This document shows positions 9,659 through 18,970 of a stretch of 64,000 nucleotides of DNA, in pieces (within the stretch, counting starts at the first letter, position 1; the number at the start of each line of letters is the position of its first letter). Below the pieces are notes generated by a model. That model was not told the origin of the DNA, did no database searches, and was given only the letters and a program-made list of their open reading frames with translations. The stretch is from Polyangiales bacterium. GTDB taxonomy: Bacteria > Myxococcota_A > Polyangia > Polyangiales > JAFGIB01. A program made the translations under genes and the position numbers. The stretch covers positions 715 to 64,714 of the forward strand of contig DASVHQ010000119.1 of NCBI GenBank assembly GCA_036382515.1, given 5' to 3'.

Positions 9659-10216
9659 ATGATCGACGATACGCTCGCCGAGCTCGACAAGGACATTGCC
9701 AAGGCGCACGAGGGGCTGCGCCGCGAGCTCACCAAGATTCGCACCGGCCGCGCGCATCCCTCGATCCTCGAGTCTGTGCGCGTCGAGATCTACGGCTCAC
9801 AGATGCCGATCTCGCAGTGCGCGAGCGTCAACGTGCCCGAAGCTCGTCTGCTCACGGTCAAGCCCTGGGACAAGACACAGCTCAAGGCGATCGAGAAGGC
9901 GATCGTGACCTCGCCGCTGGGTCTGAACCCGCAGAGCGACGGCGAGATTCTGCGCATCCCGATGCCCCCGCTGAGTGAAGAGCGCCGCCGCGAGATGACC
10001 AAGCTCGTGAAGAAGCACGGCGAAGACACCAAGGTGGCCATTCGCAAGGCGCGCCACGACGCCAAAGACCTGCTCGCCAGCCTCAAGGATGATGGCGAGA
10101 TCAGCGAAGACGCAGTCGATCGCGCGCAGAAGAAGGTCGAAGACCTGATTCAGAAGGCGAACGCCGAAGTCGACGCCATCGTCGCCCGCAAAGACAAAGA
10201 CCTACTCGAGGTCTGA
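9659..10216 (+). CDS. frr: Ribosome recycling factor
   Basis: LTKIRTGRAHPSILE and canonical position after pyrH. Confidence 0.95.
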   Translation: MIDDTLAELDKDIAKAHEGLRRELTKIRTGRAHPSILESVRVEIYGSQMPISQCASVNVPEARLLTVKPWDKTQLKAIEKAIVTSPLGLNPQSDGEILRIPMPPLSEERRREMTKLVKKHGEDTKVAIRKARHDAKDLLASLKDDGEISEDAVDRAQKKVEDLIQKANAEVDAIVARKDKDLLEV

Positions 10217-10231
10217 ACGGTCGCCGACGTC

Positions 10232-10247
10232 GCGCGCTCGAGCGCGC
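10232..10247. terminator. Perfect 16-nt palindrome GCGCGCTCGAGCGCGC between convergent frr and the outer-membrane protein gene
   Basis: Seen directly. It lies 16 nt after the frr stop. There is no U-tract. Confidence 0.35.
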
Positions 10248-10279
10248 CAGCAGCAGTTCTTCTCACCCAGTACCGCGGT

Positions 10280-13165
10280 TCAGAACGGGGTACCGAGGTG
10301 GAAGTAGTACTGCGTGAGGCCCCCGTCGCCGAAGCCGTGCGCGATGCCCAGGCGGATCGTGACGATCACTCGGTACGTGATCTCGATCTGTGTGAACAGC
10401 TCCGCTCCGGAGCCGACGAGGAAGTGCGAGAGCTCTAGCCGACCCGAGGTGGCGTCGCCCACGTCGGTGAAGACGTCGGCGTACAGGCGGCGCAGGTATG
10501 CCGGCAGCGTGTACACGCCGAGCTCGGGTGCGAAGAGCGGGAAGCGGTACTCCACCTGCAGCTGATGGAACTGCGTGCCGCTGCGGAAGCCCTGCGGGTA
10601 GCCGCGCAGCGCATCGCCCGCGATGTTGGGGATCGCGCCGAAGACCGCAAAATCGTAGAGCGAGATGAACGGCGAGCTCTGTGGGAAACCGCCGATCGAG
10701 AACACACCCGCGCGACCTGGATCGCCGCCGCTCTCGCCGCCGGCATAGCGGATCGCCAGTACGTGTAGCGCGGCCCACGGCATGGCGATGAACTGACGCA
10801 GCGCCCAGCGCACCGAGACCGTGTGCAGGTCGCGGCCCATGATCGGATCGGTGACGCCGACACGCAGCGCAAGGTTGCGACCGCCCGATGGGCTCACGTC
10901 GTAGGCCTCGCGCGTGACGTCCGAGTAGCGGTAGCCGAGACCAGCGCTGGGCATGAACCCGAGCTCCGGCAGCGTGGGAGGTGGGTCGTTGGGATCGATC
11001 GCACCGCCGAACGGGCGCGCCTTGCCCACGTGCGTCAGCGTGTAGTCGAAGTCGAGGGTCTGCGACTTCAGCACTGACGGGAACGTGTACGACAGCGCCA
11101 CGCTGCCGCCGATGCCATCCTCGATCCAGCGGCGTGATTTTCCGCCGATGCTCAGATCGTAACGAGCGCTCAGCTCGCGAAAGATGCGCAGCGAAGGGTA
11201 GAGCGGCGAGCGGCCGTAGCTGTACGAGAGCGAAACGCTGGGGTCGCCGCTGTCGATGCTCACGGCCGTCTGCAGCGCGTAGTGATGAAAGCCGGCGATG
11301 TCGGCTCCACCGACGCTCACGCTGACCTCGGTGCCGAGCGCACCGTCTCGAACTTCGAGTTGGTAGTTGTGCGGGGGCAGCGTGGGCAGCGGGTTGTAAG
11401 CGTGCACGGGCAACGCCTGGTCCACAGGCGGTGGGGCAGCCGTTGGGCGCGGGTCTGCGAATGGCTCGGCCAGTCGCACCGGCACGCTCGCGAGCGCTAG
11501 CGTGCGCAAGCCGAACCCCAGGTCGGTGTAGCTCACGTACGCGAGTGTCTTGCCATCCGGCGAGACGGCGGGCTGATACGCGCCGCTGACCACGTTCGTG
11601 ATCTGGTAGGTGAGCCCCGTGCCCAGGTCGTATGCATACACGTTCGCGACGCCGCTGCGGTCGGAGCTGAAGTACACGCGCGCGCCATCGGGTGACCAGG
11701 TGGGGCCGCTGTCCTGCGCGCGATCATGCGTCAGCTCGCGCACGCTGCCGCTGTCGCGGTCGAGCAGCAGGATGTCGCGGTAGCCACCCGTGCGCCACGC
11801 GCTCCACGCGATCTGTTTGCCGTCGGGCGAGTAGCGCGGCGTGAACACTTGCTCGAACGGCCGCGAGTGAAAAACCACGTGGTGCGTTGCGTCGACGTCG
11901 TCGAGGCGGGCTTCCTCGAGCTGCGAGCTGCCATTGGCTTGCGTCACGAACACGACGTCGCGCCCGCCCGGTGAGACATCCGGTTGGCTTGCGCGCAGCC
12001 CGTGGCTGAGTCGCTCGCTGTCACCGCTCTCGAGGTCCAGGCGAAACAAGTCGTGCAGTGAGTAGATGTCGCGGTACGGCGCGTACTGGCTGTAGACGAT
12101 GGACTTTCCGTCCGGGTGCGGGCTGAGCGCAGCCTCGCCGGCCGTGCGCGTCAGCAGCGTGCCGTCGGGCGTGCGGATGCGTCCGGATGAGCGACCATCC
12201 TGCGCGTAGTACGCGAGCCGGCCGTCGCGCAGGTAGCGCGGGCTGCGGGTGAGATCCGCGTGCCGCGCCAGCTCGCTGCCCTCCACGACACCGACCGCTT
12301 CGATGCGCGCGCGTTGCGCTGCGTAGCGTGCGGTCAGCGCCTGCCGAAACTGCTCGTAGAGCTCCACGAACGTGAAGCCCGTGGCCCGCTTGGCGATGCG
12401 GTTGAGGCCGAAGGGGATCGCCTGTCGGCCGTAGTCCCGCCCAATCCGCGAGAGCGCCTCGGCTCCGTAGCGTTCCGCGATGAACCCGATGAAGCGCGAG
12501 CCATAGACGTAGGGGATGTCACCGTGTGGCCAGCGGACCGGATCGTTGCTGATCTGCGCGAGCGTCATCAGCCGGCCGGACAGCGCGTCCATGCGCAGGA
12601 CCATGTCGACGATCGACGAGCGCTCGCGGCCGGCCGAGGTGCGGGCCGATTCCTCGAACACCGCCAGGCCCTCGATGAACCAGCGCGGCTGGACGGCGTT
12701 GGGCGCCGCGGTCTTGCCGAGGATCGCGTTCACCAGCGCAGGCAGCCCACCGATCTGGTCCAGGTGCAGGATGTGTGTGTGCTCATGTGTGACAAGCGTG
12801 CTGATCCAGTCGTCGTAGTCGCCTATCGTGGACAGGTCATCGGGCGCCGAGGCGAACAGGCGGATCTCGTTGCGCGGGATGACGCCTGCGCTGCCGTTGG
12901 CGTCGTCGGTTTCATCCGTGAGCAAGATCAGCGTGCGTTGGCTGGCGCGGTAGCCGAGCGCTGCCGTCAGATTGGTGGTTGCGCGTTCGGCGGCGTTCGC
13001 CAGGCGCTGTGCCAGTGGCTCCAGCGGCTCGTGGTAGGTGATTTCGAAGTGCTCCGTGCGCAGCGCGTGCCAGCGCAGGCGTGGATCGGGTGCCTGGGCG
13101 TGCACGCCAGCGGGCCCCAAGAGCCCCCAGACCACGACCCACAGCCAACGCGCCGGACGAAGCAA
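10280..13165 (-). CDS. Large secreted/outer-membrane protein: peptidase-MA-like HExxH domain + TolB-like beta-propeller repeats + putative C-terminal beta-barrel
   Basis: Signal peptide is MLRPARWLWVVVWGLLGPAGVHAQA. The metalloprotease-like block is LVTHEHTHILH...WFIEGLAVFEE. Repeated SPDG(K/A)xxa(y/f)s PD40-like motifs follow. The C-terminus has Gly/Tyr-rich alternating segments and ends in an aromatic residue (..YYFHLGTPF). Confidence 0.8.
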   Translation of the reverse strand: MLRPARWLWVVVWGLLGPAGVHAQAPDPRLRWHALRTEHFEITYHEPLEPLAQRLANAAERATTNLTAALGYRASQRTLILLTDETDDANGSAGVIPRNEIRLFASAPDDLSTIGDYDDWISTLVTHEHTHILHLDQIGGLPALVNAILGKTAAPNAVQPRWFIEGLAVFEESARTSAGRERSSIVDMVLRMDALSGRLMTLAQISNDPVRWPHGDIPYVYGSRFIGFIAERYGAEALSRIGRDYGRQAIPFGLNRIAKRATGFTFVELYEQFRQALTARYAAQRARIEAVGVVEGSELARHADLTRSPRYLRDGRLAYYAQDGRSSGRIRTPDGTLLTRTAGEAALSPHPDGKSIVYSQYAPYRDIYSLHDLFRLDLESGDSERLSHGLRASQPDVSPGGRDVVFVTQANGSSQLEEARLDDVDATHHVVFHSRPFEQVFTPRYSPDGKQIAWSAWRTGGYRDILLLDRDSGSVRELTHDRAQDSGPTWSPDGARVYFSSDRSGVANVYAYDLGTGLTYQITNVVSGAYQPAVSPDGKTLAYVSYTDLGFGLRTLALASVPVRLAEPFADPRPTAAPPPVDQALPVHAYNPLPTLPPHNYQLEVRDGALGTEVSVSVGGADIAGFHHYALQTAVSIDSGDPSVSLSYSYGRSPLYPSLRIFRELSARYDLSIGGKSRRWIEDGIGGSVALSYTFPSVLKSQTLDFDYTLTHVGKARPFGGAIDPNDPPPTLPELGFMPSAGLGYRYSDVTREAYDVSPSGGRNLALRVGVTDPIMGRDLHTVSVRWALRQFIAMPWAALHVLAIRYAGGESGGDPGRAGVFSIGGFPQSSPFISLYDFAVFGAIPNIAGDALRGYPQGFRSGTQFHQLQVEYRFPLFAPELGVYTLPAYLRRLYADVFTDVGDATSGRLELSHFLVGSGAELFTQIEITYRVIVTIRLGIAHGFGDGGLTQYYFHLGTPF

Positions 13166-13300
13166 ATCGGACCTCGACGCGAAACCCTACTACTTGCGCA
13201 TGCGTTCCGTGTGCTCTTCGTGGGGCGCGCGGCCGCCGCGTGCGGCCACCTGCAGCCGGCCGGAACTGTCGCTTGTGTGCCCGCGCGCTGGAACCAAGCC

Positions 13301-13329
13301 TTGACCTGGACCCCTCGGAACTCTTAACT
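13301..13329 (+). promoter_or_regulatory. Candidate sigma70-type promoter TTGACC-17-TTAACT upstream of the FHA/DUF4388 gene
   Basis: Hexamers and spacing counted by hand. The -10 element matches only 3 of 6 positions. Confidence 0.3.
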
Positions 13330-13410
13330 TATTTCGCTGGACCCGCAGCTTCGTCTCCGGGTCCTGGGCGACGCGGGCCGAACTTGATCGGGCCTGCCCG
13401 GCTCTTGTCC

Positions 13411-14331
13411 ATGAAGCACTACGCGATGCGTTTCATCTCGGGGAAGTACCAGGGGGGCGAGTTCCCTCTGCCGGACAATTCCGAAATCATCGTTGGGCGC
13501 TCGAGTGAGCTCGACATGGTGCTGGTCGAAGACATGGTCTCGCGGCGTCACGCGAAGATCACGGTGAGCGCCGAGCAAGTGAGCATCCAGGACATGGGCT
13601 CGACCAACGGCACCTTCGTGAACGGCGAGCGCATCAAGCGCGCAAACCTGAACGATGGTGACCGCGTGTTGATCGGGACGAGCATCATCAAGCTGGTCAC
13701 CTCCGACGTCGCCGCCGTGGCTGCACCTGGCGCGAAGAAGCTGCAAGAGGTGGCCGCCCACCGTCGGACCAATCAGGTGCGCAGCATGTCCGGCGCCATC
13801 GACGAGGTGCCGCTGCCCGATCTGCTGCAGCTCTTCGGCTCGTCGCGCAAGACGGGCGTGCTCGTGGTGAAGACCGACACCGACATCGGCAAGGTCTACC
13901 TCGAGAAGGGCATCATCATCCTGGCGACCATCAACGACTCGGGCCAGCTGCCGCCGGAGAAGTGCATCCATCGCATCATCACGTGGCGCCACGGCACGTT
14001 CTACATGGAGCCTGCGGAAGAGGGTGCGCTGCCCAGTCGCATGAAGATGTCTTGCGAGGGCGCGCTCATGGAAGGCATGCGCATCTTCGACGAGGTCAAC
14101 CGCGTCGAGTTGCCATCGATGCTCTCGCGCATTGCCCTGGTGCGCCCGCTCACGGCGAAGCTGCGCGACCTCACCGCCGACCAGCTCGACGTGCTGCAAG
14201 TGGCGCTGCACCAGACGCAGATCGAAGCGGTGTTCAACAACTGCGGGCTCGACGACATCGTGATCGCGCAGTGCTTCGGCGTGTTGATCAACAACGGCTA
14301 TCTCAAGGTCACGCCGCCAGCGGCCGTTTGA
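13411..14331 (+). CDS. FHA-domain protein with C-terminal DUF4388-like (PATAN-type) domain
   Basis: ATG at 13411 (ATG at 13426 is an alternative). The FHA signature is IIVGRSSELDMVLVEDMVSRRHAKI...GSTNGTFVNG. The DUF4388-like block is LPDLLQLFGSSRKTGVLVV. Confidence 0.8.
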   Translation: MKHYAMRFISGKYQGGEFPLPDNSEIIVGRSSELDMVLVEDMVSRRHAKITVSAEQVSIQDMGSTNGTFVNGERIKRANLNDGDRVLIGTSIIKLVTSDVAAVAAPGAKKLQEVAAHRRTNQVRSMSGAIDEVPLPDLLQLFGSSRKTGVLVVKTDTDIGKVYLEKGIIILATINDSGQLPPEKCIHRIITWRHGTFYMEPAEEGALPSRMKMSCEGALMEGMRIFDEVNRVELPSMLSRIALVRPLTAKLRDLTADQLDVLQVALHQTQIEAVFNNCGLDDIVIAQCFGVLINNGYLKVTPPAAV

Positions 14332-14338
14332 AGGCAGC

Positions 14339-15829
14339 TCAGGGCTGCCGTTCGAACACGAGCCACGTCCCGTGGTGCGCGCGCAGTTGGAAGTGCCGCA
14401 GCATGATCTCGGTGAACTTGGGCGGTGCGTTGCGCGCGAACACCAGCTGGTAACCCTGCGCCAGCAGGTCGCGTACCGAGTGCGGCTCCGCGAGTCGCAC
14501 GCTCGCCTTGTACCGGACCGGCACCAGCGGCAGGTGCCACAGGTGCGGGCTCAGGCCGCCCTTCTGCAGTTGATAGTAGAAGACCTCGTGCCGATGCAGC
14601 TCGGGGAAGCACTCGGGATCGAGATAAGCGGATGTGTCGTCGAAGGCCACGGATGCGACTTTGCGCTCGGGCGCGAGCTTGGCGACGAGCGGCAGGATCT
14701 CGGCGGATTCGCGCGCGACTTGCGCTTGCAAGAGGGATGCGTCGAGCGTGAGCGCGAGAGCGGAAGCGACCACGACCGAGCGAGCCGCACGCCCCAGCGC
14801 GAAGCAACCGGCCATCGCCGCGAGCTGAAAGTACACCAGCGCCGCGACGCGCAGGTTGAAGTACGAGTAGCGACCGACCCAGAACGGTAGGAAGAAGCAA
14901 GCGGTCAGCAGGCCCAAGAGGCGCAGCACATCGCGGCGGTCGAGCACGTTGGTGCGTCGCGCGCTGGCGAGCGCTGCGAGCAGGCCCAGCCAGACCACCG
15001 CGTGCCAGGTGGCGCCGTGGCTGGCGCGCATGCCGGAGAAGATCTGTCGCAAGTAGTGGAGCGCGACCTCGGGGCCGAGCCAGTGCAGCTGGGAATTCGT
15101 GCTGCGGTAACAGAACACTTGCCACAGCACGAGCAGTGTCGACGCCAGGCACGCGGGGAGCAGCCGCATGCGTGCGAGCGTGGCCGAGCTTCGGGTGAGC
15201 GCAGCCTCGCACACCGCCATGCCGACGTAGGCCAAGACGCAGAACGGGTGGAAGAGCAGGATGACCAGCAATAGCCCCATGTGGCCGCACAGCTGCAGCG
15301 CGGTCCAGCGCGCGGTCGCGGCCGCGCGTAGCTGCTCCAGCGCGATCAGCAGTAGCGGTAAAGCGATGAGGTAGTTCAACAAGCCGTGGAAGTATTCCTG
15401 GTGCGTCGCCCACGGCAGCACCAGCAGCAAGCCCCACGGGGTGTGGGCGAAGCGTCGCGCCGCGCTCGCCACGAAGCCCGCCAGCAGGACGAAGTACGCG
15501 CTGACCAGCAACCGCCCCGCCGTGTCCAGCCCGAACACCGGCCCCAGCAGGCGCAGGACCCAGTAGCAGCCCGAGTATGGTTCAAGGTGCAGCTGCCACT
15601 CGTAATACCGGGACCAGATGTGCGCGCCATCGCCTTGCAGCACGGAAGCGATGAAGAGGTGTTGCGGATAGTCCTGCATCGGCAGCGCCGCGCAGGCCCA
15701 GACCGGCCACAAGCACAGCCCCAGCAGCACGAGCGTGCACACCTTGAAGATGCGGTCTTGCCCGGGGTCGCGGCGCGCCGGTGTCGGTGACGGGCACGTT
15801 CTGCCCGGGTCGTGCGCGCCAAGCGTCAT
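14339..15829 (-). CDS. Polytopic integral membrane protein, function unknown
   Basis: 496-aa ORF with many hydrophobic segments and a soluble C-terminal domain of about 120 aa. The start is uncertain. Confidence 0.6.
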   Translation of the reverse strand: MTLGAHDPGRTCPSPTPARRDPGQDRIFKVCTLVLLGLCLWPVWACAALPMQDYPQHLFIASVLQGDGAHIWSRYYEWQLHLEPYSGCYWVLRLLGPVFGLDTAGRLLVSAYFVLLAGFVASAARRFAHTPWGLLLVLPWATHQEYFHGLLNYLIALPLLLIALEQLRAAATARWTALQLCGHMGLLLVILLFHPFCVLAYVGMAVCEAALTRSSATLARMRLLPACLASTLLVLWQVFCYRSTNSQLHWLGPEVALHYLRQIFSGMRASHGATWHAVVWLGLLAALASARRTNVLDRRDVLRLLGLLTACFFLPFWVGRYSYFNLRVAALVYFQLAAMAGCFALGRAARSVVVASALALTLDASLLQAQVARESAEILPLVAKLAPERKVASVAFDDTSAYLDPECFPELHRHEVFYYQLQKGGLSPHLWHLPLVPVRYKASVRLAEPHSVRDLLAQGYQLVFARNAPPKFTEIMLRHFQLRAHHGTWLVFERQP

Positions 15830-15969
15830 GCCAGGTCGCGATGGTAGCCCACGCTCGCGTGTGCGGATACCGCGCGCACCGTGAACGCATGCCGCGAGCC
15901 TCCAGGTCAGGCTTGCATGGGCAGCTTTTTCCTTGGGGCAGCGCGCTTGTTCGGGGCACGCTGTGCGAG

Positions 15970-18063
15970 ATGCTTGTGAGGATCCGCGCGCGCTTGGCTT
16001 CGCTCCTTCCGGCAGGCCTCGTGCTCTACGCCGGTGTGCTCGCGTGGCGCCCGCTCGACGAAGCCGACGTGTTCTTCCATCTCACGCTCGGGCGTGCGGT
16101 GCTGCGGCATGGCGCGCGTATGGTGCCCGAGCCGACTGCCTTCACGGACTTCACGGACCCGGCGGTCGCAGCAGAGTGGGGCTGGAGCGTGCTGTCGTAC
16201 GCTGTCCAGCGCCTCGGCGGATTTTCGGCGCTGAGTCTGCTCGGGGTGCTGCTGTCGATGGCTGCCGCATTCACGCTGCTGCGCTTGGTGCGCGGCTACG
16301 CCAACGCCGAGCAGCGCTTCATTCAGGTGTTTGTGGCCCTGCTCGTGATCTGCGCCGTGCAGGCTCGCGTCGCGGTGCGACCGCAGCTGCTGCTGCTCGT
16401 CGGTCTGCCGGTCTATCTCCTGCTCACGCGCTCCTACGCGCGCGCGCCCTTGCCGCAGCGCCTCCGACTTGGGCTTGGGCTCGTCGCCGGCGTCGTGGTG
16501 TGGGCTCAGTTTCACGGCAGCTTCGTGCTGGCACCGGCGATCTTCGTGATTCAGGTGGCACGCAGACCAAGCGCCGCAGAACGAGCAACGCTGCGCGTCG
16601 ACGGCCTGATCTTGCTACTGCTGCTCATGGCCATGGGCACGAGCGCTTACGGGCCCGACATCGCGCACTTCATCGGCTCGCATGCCGCGGGCGACGCGCC
16701 GCGCTTCGTCGCCGAGATGGCCGCCACGACCTGGCCGATGCTCGATCCCGCGGCCTCGCCGTTCGTCGCCGCCTACTGGCTCTTGTTGCTCACGGGCGCG
16801 GCCGGCATCGTGATCGCGCGCTCGCTGTTCTGGCGCGAGCTTCTGCTCTCCGCCCTCGGCGGCGCGCTGCTTGCCACGGCCAATCGTTTCGTCTCCGAGG
16901 CGGCGATCCTGGCCGTTCCGCTGGCGGCGCGCGCGAGCACGGTGATCGCCGCGCACCTGCAGCCAATCGCGGGCGTGGCGCAGCAACGTGTCGTAGTCGG
17001 CTTGCTCACGGCGCTCGGGACCGGGCTGCTCTGGTCGACGGCCAGCAGCATGCATGAGCTGCGTTGGCCCGTCGGGCGCCTCGGTTTGGGCGTCGGCGCG
17101 TTCCCCACGCAAGCGCCTGGCGTGCTGACCGGGCTGCCCGCGGGCACGGCCGTGTTCACCGACTATCCGAGCAGCGCGCCCCTCGGCTTTCTCGTCGATG
17201 GCCGGTTGCGCACCTTCGTCGATGGGCGCACGCCCCTGTACTTCGACGACACTGACTTTGCCGTGGAACGCGAGATGCTGCGCGATGGGCAGGCGATGCG
17301 CAACGGCCTGGCGCGCTATCACGCGCGCGCTGCCGTGGTGCGCCGCGACAGTCAGGCTTGCGTCGAGCTGGCTCGTCTGTGGCCGGTAGCGCTGGTCGAG
17401 CCGCTGTACACGACCTTCGTCGCCGACGCCCCGCCGCGACCGCTCACGACCATTCGCCCTTGTGGCCCGCGCTACGTCGAGACCGAGTCCTGCGCCCACC
17501 CGTCGCTCCTCGGGGCAGACATCGCCGTGGTGCGCGCTTCCGGCGCGCCCGAGCTGGCGCACTTTCTACGCATCGAGTCCGTGCTGCGCTGTGGTGGTGA
17601 CGCGCGTTCGGCGCTTGGTGCGCTCGCAGCGCTCGCACCTTCGGCACGCGCGTACGGCCACGCGTTCGGACGGGTGCGCGCACAGGCCCTGATGCAAGCT
17701 TCTCGCTTCGACGAGGCAGCCGAGCTGATGATCGAGCTTCTGCGCTCCGGCGACGACGGAGCCGTCAACCTGTTGCGGACATCGACGGCCGGAGGCATGC
17801 CGCTCGGGCTGGTGGCGCGCGTGCTCATGGCTTACGTGAAAGAGAAGAGCGACGACACGGACGTCGGTGTGCGCGCGGTCCTGGCCGACGTGTGCGCGCG
17901 CATCGGTGACGTCGAGTGCGCACGCTTCAACGCGGCGCGCGTTGCGGTGCGTGGTCGACGAAGCGAGGCGCTGCAGTGGATCGCGCAGCACCATCCGTCG
18001 GCGCGCGTGCGCAACGACGCACGGCGCTGGCTCGAGCTGCTGTCCGCGAGCCCGGCGCCGTAG
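15970..18063 (+). CDS. Polytopic integral membrane protein with helical-repeat C-terminal domain, possibly GT-C-like
   Basis: In-frame ATG at 15970 (MLVRIRARLASLLPAGLVLYAG). An acidic first-loop motif RPLDEADVFFHL is followed by at least 10 hydrophobic segments. The C-terminus is Ala/Arg/Leu-rich. The GT-C idea is inference only. Confidence 0.6.
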   Translation: MLVRIRARLASLLPAGLVLYAGVLAWRPLDEADVFFHLTLGRAVLRHGARMVPEPTAFTDFTDPAVAAEWGWSVLSYAVQRLGGFSALSLLGVLLSMAAAFTLLRLVRGYANAEQRFIQVFVALLVICAVQARVAVRPQLLLLVGLPVYLLLTRSYARAPLPQRLRLGLGLVAGVVVWAQFHGSFVLAPAIFVIQVARRPSAAERATLRVDGLILLLLLMAMGTSAYGPDIAHFIGSHAAGDAPRFVAEMAATTWPMLDPAASPFVAAYWLLLLTGAAGIVIARSLFWRELLLSALGGALLATANRFVSEAAILAVPLAARASTVIAAHLQPIAGVAQQRVVVGLLTALGTGLLWSTASSMHELRWPVGRLGLGVGAFPTQAPGVLTGLPAGTAVFTDYPSSAPLGFLVDGRLRTFVDGRTPLYFDDTDFAVEREMLRDGQAMRNGLARYHARAAVVRRDSQACVELARLWPVALVEPLYTTFVADAPPRPLTTIRPCGPRYVETESCAHPSLLGADIAVVRASGAPELAHFLRIESVLRCGGDARSALGALAALAPSARAYGHAFGRVRAQALMQASRFDEAAELMIELLRSGDDGAVNLLRTSTAGGMPLGLVARVLMAYVKEKSDDTDVGVRAVLADVCARIGDVECARFNAARVAVRGRRSEALQWIAQHHPSARVRNDARRWLELLSASPAP

Positions 18064-18094
18064 CTGGCGGTGCGTGTGCCCGCGGCGCGCGTGC

Positions 18095-18611
18095 TCAGCC
18101 TGGCTCGGCGTGCTCGTTCCAGGCGCGCTGCAGAGCCGCAAGCAGCACTTCGGGCGACTGCGCTCCGACCACGGCGTAACGTCGGTCGATCACGAACGCG
18201 GGCACGCCCTCGAGCCCGCGCGAACGGCCCGCCGAGGCCGTAACCATTTGCGAAGTGCAAGAGCCGATGTGCATCGAACGAGTTGCCCGGCTTGGCGCGA
18301 TCGAAGCGGTAGTCGAGCCCCTCCTGCGCCGCCAACGCGGTGAACCGTGCGTGGGAGGCCTCGGCCTGCGCGCGACTCATGCCGTAGCGCTGGACGAGCA
18401 GGTCATCGACGCTGCCGTCGAAGACCGCGGGCGCGCTCGGGTCGAGCTGATGGCTGCGCCAGCGCACTCGCACGTGATCACTGTGCTCGAAGTCCGCCAG
18501 CGCGCGTTCGAGGCGCCGCTTGCCGATGTAGCACCACGGGCAGTACAGGTCCGACCAGACCTCGAGCTCGAGCGTCCTGCGCTCCGTGGTGCGCGCGCTG
18601 CCGCCACTCAT
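18095..18611 (-). pseudogene. DsbA/FrnE-family thiol oxidoreductase, apparently disrupted by an internal deletion plus frameshift
   Basis: The N-terminal frame reads LEVWSDLYCPWCYIGKRR...FDAHRLLHFANGYGLGG. It then runs into Arg-rich nonsense that overlaps the neighbouring gene down to 17832. The family-typical C-terminus SRGLEGVPAFVIDRRYAVVGAQSPEVLLAALQRAWNEHAEPG-stop is present in a different frame and ends at 18095. Confidence 0.55.
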
Positions 18612-18970
18612 CCTTCCGAGTCACCGTGCTTGGTTAGCAGGCGCTCGAGCAGGTGCTGGGAGTACTGGCTGACCTTGGTGAACACCACACCCATGCCGGG
18701 TGGGTCGTCCTGGATGCGCACTACCTTGCCGACGCCTTCGATGGTCTCGAGATCGTCCATGATCACGGTGAACTTCAAGTTCACCTCCGTGCCCACCGGC
18801 AACGGATCGGCTCGCTTCACGAACGCACCGGTCTTCGAGATGTTCGTGACGTACTCGCGGATGAAGTCGTCGAACGACTCGAACTCCTTGTTGATCGTCA
18901 CGCGCGCTTCGCGGCGCTTCTGCTCGCTGCCCTGGTCGCCGCTGTCCTGTTCGCTGTCGGAGCTCATCAC
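18608..18970 (-). CDS. PilZ-domain protein (myxobacterial paralogous PilZ type)
   Basis: REARVTINKEFES...YVTNISKTGAFV...LKF, an RxxxR / D/NxSxxG-like PilZ pattern. It has ATGA-type overlaps with both neighbours. Confidence 0.8.
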   Translation of the reverse strand: MMSSDSEQDSGDQGSEQKRREARVTINKEFESFDDFIREYVTNISKTGAFVKRADPLPVGTEVNLKFTVIMDDLETIEGVGKVVRIQDDPPGMGVVFTKVSQYSQHLLERLLTKHGDSEG

